From positions 1 through 64,000 of IMG/VR virus record IMGVR_UViG_3300031951_006582: a stretch of DNA of 64,000 nt. One strand, written 5' to 3'. Of this stretch, positions 58,949 through 64,000 are shown piece by piece (position 1 is the stretch's first letter; each line of letters opens with the position of its first letter). A model generated the notes under the pieces. That model was not told where the DNA came from. It ran no database searches and was given only the letters and a program-made list of their open reading frames with translations. A program made the position numbers and the translations under genes. Source of the stretch: a virus.

Positions 58949-61666
58949 ATGTCATACATTGACGCTATATTAGATAATAAATCTGATCGTATTCATGTGG
59001 TGGAACGAACCCCTGAGGGTAAGCGCCTCTACAAGGAATATCAAACAAACTATACATTTTACTATAGCGACCCTAAGGGCAAGTATCGTAGCATCTTCGG
59101 AGATCCTGTAAGTCGTTTCTCTACTCGCAAGAAGGCTGAGTTTGAGAAGGAGCGCAGGATTCATCGTGGCAAAGAACTATTTGAGAGCGATATTCCTGTA
59201 GTTTTCAGATGCTTAAGTGACAACTATTTGGGAGCAGAACCTCCTAAGCTTCACACAGCATTCTTCGATATTGAAGTTGACTTTGACCGAGAACGTGGAT
59301 ACAGCCCAACGGATGATCCATTCAATGCGGTCACTGCTATTTCAGTATATCTAGATTGGTTAGAACAACTGGTGACACTCGTTATGCCTCCCAGACATAT
59401 GAGTGACGAAACTGCACAGGAACTAACAGCAGAGTTTGAAAACTGCTTGTTGTTCCGCAGTGAAATTGAAATGTTTGAAACATTCTTTGCATTGATTGAA
59501 GATGCAGACGTAATTACTGGTTGGAACTCTGAAGGCTACGATATTCCCTATTGTGTGAATCGTGTTACTCGTATTATGAGTAAGGACGATACACGCAAGT
59601 TCTGTCTGCTTGGACAGCTTCCAAAGCCTCGTACTTATGAACGCTTTGGTAAGGAAGAACAGACATATGACCTAATTGGTCGTATTCATATGGACTATCT
59701 ACAGTTGTATAAGAAGTACAACTATGAATCACGCCACAGCTATTCACTTGACTCAATTGGTGAATATGAATTGGGTGAACGTAAGACTCCATATGAGGGT
59801 AGTCTTGATCAGTTGTACAACAAAGACTTCAAGAAGTTCGTAGAATATAACCGTCAAGATACTTTGCTTGTGTATAAGATTCACAACAAGCTTAAGTTCC
59901 TTGATCTTGCAAATGCTCTGGCACATGAAAACACAGTGTTGCTTCCGACAGTTATGGGTTCGGTGGCAATGATTGAAATGGCAATCTATAACGAAGCACA
60001 TAGTCGTGATATGATTGTCCCCGACAAGAAGCGCAAAGATAGTTATGGTGATGAGCAGCAGGCAGCTGGTGCTTATGTTGCTGTTCCAAAGAAGGGCATT
60101 CACGAATGGGTCGGCGCGGTTGACATTAACTCACTGTATCCGTCTGCTATTCGGGCATTGAACATGGCCCCTGAAACTATCGTGGGTCAAGTTCGTCAAT
60201 CATTGACTGAACAATATATGTATGACAAGGGCATTGCACTTGCTAAAGATAAGCGTAAGAAAAAGAACGGTGACGATGCTGATGCGGTTACTGGTGCTAT
60301 TCTTTGGGAAAACTTGTTTGGTTCAATAGAATATACTGCTATTATGAACCAAGAGCGTGGCACTATGCTCACTATTGACTATGAAGATGGTCGTAGTGTT
60401 GAAATGAGTGCCGCAGAGATTTGGAAACTAATCTTTGACAGTCATCGCCCTTGGATGATTAGTGCTAATGGTACAATCTTTACGTATGAGAAAGAAGGTG
60501 TCATTCCAGGATTGCTCTCACGCTGGTATTCAGAGCGTAAGAGTATTCAGAAAGAAGCAAAGGCTGCATATGGCACAGACAAGTTTGAGTATTACGATAA
60601 GCGTCAGTTAGTTCGTAAGATTTTGCTTAACTCTGCGTATGGCGCACTTTTGAATGAGCATTGTCGTTTCTACGATAAAAGAATCGGGCAGTCAGTTACG
60701 TTGTCTGGTCGTCAAATCACTAAGCATATGATGAGCCAGATAAACGAAATCATCACGGAAAAGTATGAACACGACGGCGACGCTATTGTGTATGGTGATA
60801 CTGACTCCTGTTACTTCTCGGCATATCACATTCTTAAAGAACAGATTGATGCTGGTCAAGTATCTTGGGATAAGGACTCGTGCATTGAACTTTACGACCA
60901 AATTGCTGAAATGACTAACGTTAGCTTCCCAGCGTTTATGGAGAAGGCATTTCATTGCCCTCGCAAGAACGGTGAAGTCATTAAAGCTGGTCGTGAACTT
61001 ATCGGTGATAGAACGTTGTTCATCACTAAGAAGCGATATGCTATCAACATCTTTGACCTTGAGGGTAAGCGTCAGGACATAGATGGTAAGATGGGTAAGG
61101 TCAAGGCTATGGGTCTTGATCTTAAGAGAGCAGATACTCCTAAGTATGTTCAAGAGTTCCTAATGGAAGTTCTTATGATGGTACTAGGCGGTAGTCCTCG
61201 TGATGAAGTTATCACTAAGATTAGAGAATTCAAGATTTGGTTGGGTGAACAAGATAGTTGGACTAAGGGTTCTCCTAGGTCAGTTAACAAGCTCACATAC
61301 TATGGTGAACTTGAGGCTCGTAGCAAGACAGGTAAGGCAAACATGCCGGGTCACGTTAGAGCAGCACTGAACTATAACTATCTACGTAAGATGAACAATG
61401 ACCAATATAGTCAGAAGATTGTTGATGGTATGAAGGTTATTGTTTGCAGCTTGAAGGACAATCCGCTTGGCTTTACAAGTGTTGCTTATCCCACAGATGA
61501 ACTAAGACTTCCACAATGGTTTACTGACTTGCCGTTTGACGCACTTGATATGGAACGTAAACTTGTTGATGAAAAGATTGACAACTTACTTGGAGTATTG
61601 AATTGGAAGATTCGTCAAGACACAAATACTAATAGCACAGTCGGTGACTTGTTTGATTTCGGATAA
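58949..61666 (+). CDS. polB: Family B DNA polymerase
   Basis: FFDIE exo I, GWNSEGYD, DINSLYPS, KILLNSAYG, YGDTDS, KKRY. Confidence 0.97.
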   Translation: MSYIDAILDNKSDRIHVVERTPEGKRLYKEYQTNYTFYYSDPKGKYRSIFGDPVSRFSTRKKAEFEKERRIHRGKELFESDIPVVFRCLSDNYLGAEPPKLHTAFFDIEVDFDRERGYSPTDDPFNAVTAISVYLDWLEQLVTLVMPPRHMSDETAQELTAEFENCLLFRSEIEMFETFFALIEDADVITGWNSEGYDIPYCVNRVTRIMSKDDTRKFCLLGQLPKPRTYERFGKEEQTYDLIGRIHMDYLQLYKKYNYESRHSYSLDSIGEYELGERKTPYEGSLDQLYNKDFKKFVEYNRQDTLLVYKIHNKLKFLDLANALAHENTVLLPTVMGSVAMIEMAIYNEAHSRDMIVPDKKRKDSYGDEQQAAGAYVAVPKKGIHEWVGAVDINSLYPSAIRALNMAPETIVGQVRQSLTEQYMYDKGIALAKDKRKKKNGDDADAVTGAILWENLFGSIEYTAIMNQERGTMLTIDYEDGRSVEMSAAEIWKLIFDSHRPWMISANGTIFTYEKEGVIPGLLSRWYSERKSIQKEAKAAYGTDKFEYYDKRQLVRKILLNSAYGALLNEHCRFYDKRIGQSVTLSGRQITKHMMSQINEIITEKYEHDGDAIVYGDTDSCYFSAYHILKEQIDAGQVSWDKDSCIELYDQIAEMTNVSFPAFMEKAFHCPRKNGEVIKAGRELIGDRTLFITKKRYAINIFDLEGKRQDIDGKMGKVKAMGLDLKRADTPKYVQEFLMEVLMMVLGGSPRDEVITKIREFKIWLGEQDSWTKGSPRSVNKLTYYGELEARSKTGKANMPGHVRAALNYNYLRKMNNDQYSQKIVDGMKVIVCSLKDNPLGFTSVAYPTDELRLPQWFTDLPFDALDMERKLVDEKIDNLLGVLNWKIRQDTNTNSTVGDLFDFG

Positions 61667-61674
61667 CAACTACA

Positions 61675-61703
61675 TTGACTTTCGCATTAACTTCCGCTAT
61701 TAT
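61675..61703 (+). promoter_or_regulatory. Sigma70-type promoter
   Basis: TTGACT-17-TATTAT. Confidence 0.6.
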
Positions 61704-61741
61704 ACACTATAGCATTGCCTAAATATCTAAAAGGAAAACAC

Positions 61742-62473
61742 ATGAAAGATTATTTACTTGATTTGATTCAGCACACTTATGGACTTGGTGTCGTTGAACT
61801 TGTTAAAATTGAAGGTTCAGACACAGAAACTAAGGTTGCTGCGTATGCCGAAGACAAGTCAGTTATCGTAACTGGTACGTTTAAGACTCCTATTGACGGC
61901 TTTCAGGGCACGTTCGGTATGCCCAACTTGAGCAAGCTTAAGACTATTCTTGGCTTTGATGACTATGATGATAAGGCTATCATCAACGTTGCTCGTGATA
62001 CGAGAGACGGTGAGAGCGTCCCTACAGCAATTCATTTTGAGACTTCAACTGGTGACTTCGTTAACGACTATCGTTTGATGAGCAAGGTTGTTGTTGAAGA
62101 TAAGGTAAAGTCTGTGACGTTCAAGGGCGCTGCTTGGGACGTTGAGTTTGAGCCTACTGTTGCCGGCGTTATGCGTCTTAAGAAGCAGGCTTCTGCTAAC
62201 AACGAAGAACTTAACTTCAAGACTAAGACTGACAACGGCGACTTGAAGATTTACTTCGGTGACCCTTCAACTCACTCAGGCAACTTCGTGTTTCAGCCTG
62301 ACGTAGCTGGCAACTTGACTAAGGCTTGGAACTGGCCTGTTAAGGTATTCCTTGCAATCATGGATCTTCCTGGTGACAAGGTTGTTCGTTTCAGTGATGC
62401 AGGCGCTGCTGAAATCACAGTTGACAGCGGTATCGCTAACTATCGTTATTTGTTGCCCGCACAGGCTAAGTAA
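61742..62473 (+). CDS. Putative sliding clamp (gp45/PCNA-like)
   Basis: About 243 aa after polB, two-domain beta/alpha pattern, ends YRYLLPAQ; clamp loader present in window. Confidence 0.6.
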   Translation: MKDYLLDLIQHTYGLGVVELVKIEGSDTETKVAAYAEDKSVIVTGTFKTPIDGFQGTFGMPNLSKLKTILGFDDYDDKAIINVARDTRDGESVPTAIHFETSTGDFVNDYRLMSKVVVEDKVKSVTFKGAAWDVEFEPTVAGVMRLKKQASANNEELNFKTKTDNGDLKIYFGDPSTHSGNFVFQPDVAGNLTKAWNWPVKVFLAIMDLPGDKVVRFSDAGAAEITVDSGIANYRYLLPAQAK

Positions 62474-62850
62474 TGATTAAGACGGTCAACGGACAGGGTA
62501 GATATATTATGGTCAATGGGGGTTACCCGGCGACCACATATATCAATACTAGTTCAGGATACATGAATGTCGGAGATGTTAGATACAACACTCAAATGCA
62601 GCGACTTGAAGTATATGATGGTCAAATGTGGTTAGAAATCAATACAAGTCATGCAAGTGTTGGTCTAACTCCTGATGCTGAAATGGCACTTGATTGGGCT
62701 ATCAAGAAGAAGAATGAAGAATTGATTCTTGAAGCAAAGGCTAAAGATAGCCCAGCAATTGCTGATTTGCTTGACCAACGTAAGAAGATTGATGAGCAAA
62801 TCAAAGTTATTGAAATCTTAACGAAAGATAATAAAGTTGGAACAAATTAA
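62473..62850 (+). CDS. Hypothetical protein
   Basis: GDVRYNTQMQRLEVYDGQMW motif; TAATG coupling. Confidence 0.6.
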   Translation: MIKTVNGQGRYIMVNGGYPATTYINTSSGYMNVGDVRYNTQMQRLEVYDGQMWLEINTSHASVGLTPDAEMALDWAIKKKNEELILEAKAKDSPAIADLLDQRKKIDEQIKVIEILTKDNKVGTN

Positions 62851-64000
62851 CCTTTCAAACAGTCACGATCCCGAATGGGCATTGTTTCTGCCCGCAATCT
62901 CGTCTTTCTTCATTGCTGGCTTAGGCAAGCAACGTGAAGGTGAACAATATTTTGACCCGGCGAGAATCCCTGCGGCATTCAACGGAGACGTTGAGTGTTT
63001 GAATTTCTTCAACAGCAAGCAAGGCTTATACACGTATAAGTGGGGCTTGTATTCTGCTGGTCACGCAAATCTTGATATTACTAAGGATGACAATAATGAA
63101 TCTATCATTCGCAAGAGGGAAGAAGGCACTTTTCTTCTAGGAGACTCAGGTGGATTCCAGATTCTTAAATGTCAGTGGCCAGCAGATTGGAAGGACCCTA
63201 ACTGTCCTCGTGCAATGAAGAAGCGTCAACAAGTTCTTACTTGGATGGACGAATACATGGACTATGGAATGTGTCTTGATATTCCGTCACAGTCTCTTAC
63301 GACTTATCACGTTAAGGACAAGAAGACCGGTACATCTGCACATGGTATCAGCACGATTGAAGAAGCAATCACTGCTACGCACATTAACAATGAATATTTC
63401 ATTGCTAATCGTGATGGTCGTTGTAAGTTTCTAAACGTGCTACAGGGTCGTAATCATGGTCAATCAGACGCATGGTACGAAGAAATGAAGAAGTATTGCG
63501 ACACTAATATCTATGGTGATCGTGCATTCAACGGCTGGGCATTCGGTGGTCAAAACAAGATTGACATTCACTTGATGCTTAAGCGTCTTGTTCACATTAT
63601 TCATGATGGCTTCCTTGAAGAAGGTAAGCAGGATTTGATTCACTGTCTCGGCACTTCTATCATGGAGTATGCAGTATTGTTTACTGACATTCAGAAAGCA
63701 ATACGCAAGCATCATAATCCGAAGTTACAAATCACGTTTGACTGTGCTAGTCCGTTCTTTGCAGCAGCAAAAGGTCTTGCTTATAATAACAATACGTTTG
63801 AGCATGATACTAAATGGACTTATGCAATGGATAAGACTGCTGAAAACAAGAAGTATGCTACTGATACTCGCAAGTTCAGTGATGGTGTGTTGGCTGACAA
63901 GATTCATAAAGTCTTTACAGATAGTCCCGTGACTGATAAACTTTTGATGAAAGATATTTGCTATCGTGGTCAAGGCTTCTTGGGTCAGCATGGTAAGGAA
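62837..64000 (+). CDS. TGT-fold / DpdA-like base-exchange enzyme (3'-truncated, missing from ORF track)
   Basis: Open frame from TTG 62837 to window end: LGDSGGFQ, CLDIP, NVLQG, GWAFGG, IHCLG, FDCASP. Confidence 0.75.
   Translation, partial: MEQINLSNSHDPEWALFLPAISSFFIAGLGKQREGEQYFDPARIPAAFNGDVECLNFFNSKQGLYTYKWGLYSAGHANLDITKDDNNESIIRKREEGTFLLGDSGGFQILKCQWPADWKDPNCPRAMKKRQQVLTWMDEYMDYGMCLDIPSQSLTTYHVKDKKTGTSAHGISTIEEAITATHINNEYFIANRDGRCKFLNVLQGRNHGQSDAWYEEMKKYCDTNIYGDRAFNGWAFGGQNKIDIHLMLKRLVHIIHDGFLEEGKQDLIHCLGTSIMEYAVLFTDIQKAIRKHHNPKLQITFDCASPFFAAAKGLAYNNNTFEHDTKWTYAMDKTAENKKYATDTRKFSDGVLADKIHKVFTDSPVTDKLLMKDICYRGQGFLGQHGKE

Noticed and set aside
58949-61666. Intein or intron in the DNA polymerase
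   Set aside because: Continuous 905-aa PolB with all motifs and no splicing signatures
1-64000. Stop-codon reassignment as in some jumbo phages
   Set aside because: Genes are full length under the standard code, and TAA, TGA and TAG (30625-30627) all act as stops

Overview
64 kb of a large lytic dsDNA myovirus (T4-superfamily jumbo-phage type; AT-rich, standard genetic code, densely coding). The host is probably an alphaproteobacterium, inferred from a Sphingomonas-style outer-membrane beta-barrel gene and TTGACA-17-(TG/GC)TATA promoters. Contents: neck/tail structural genes (gp13/14/15-like, sheath, tube, gp4, repeat-rich fibre, baseplate), nucleotide and replication genes (NUDIX, MazG, dNMP kinase, clamp loader, clamp, family-B polymerase, DnaE fragment, TGT/DpdA-like protein) and chaperone/protease genes (GroES, DnaJ, ClpA), plus PhoH and Dps. 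Standout observations: (1) late genes carrying T4-internal-protein-like N-terminal propeptides and built as polyproteins of small modules and enzymes (ART, methyltransferase, ParB-like, amidoligase, zincin, Cys-pair peptides) separated by (L/V/I)-x-E linkers, some identical at DNA level across 26 kb; (2) a curli-like CsgF/CsgG/curlin + FecR + CHASE2-adenylate cyclase operon followed by an OMP; (3) an acyl carrier protein lacking its phosphopantetheine serine, coupled to MazG; (4) TAAATA late promoters, many leaderless starts and RBS-sequestering hairpins containing the late promoter. No tRNA, rRNA, CRISPR array or integrase was recognised. All product calls come from motif recognition by eye; no searches were run.
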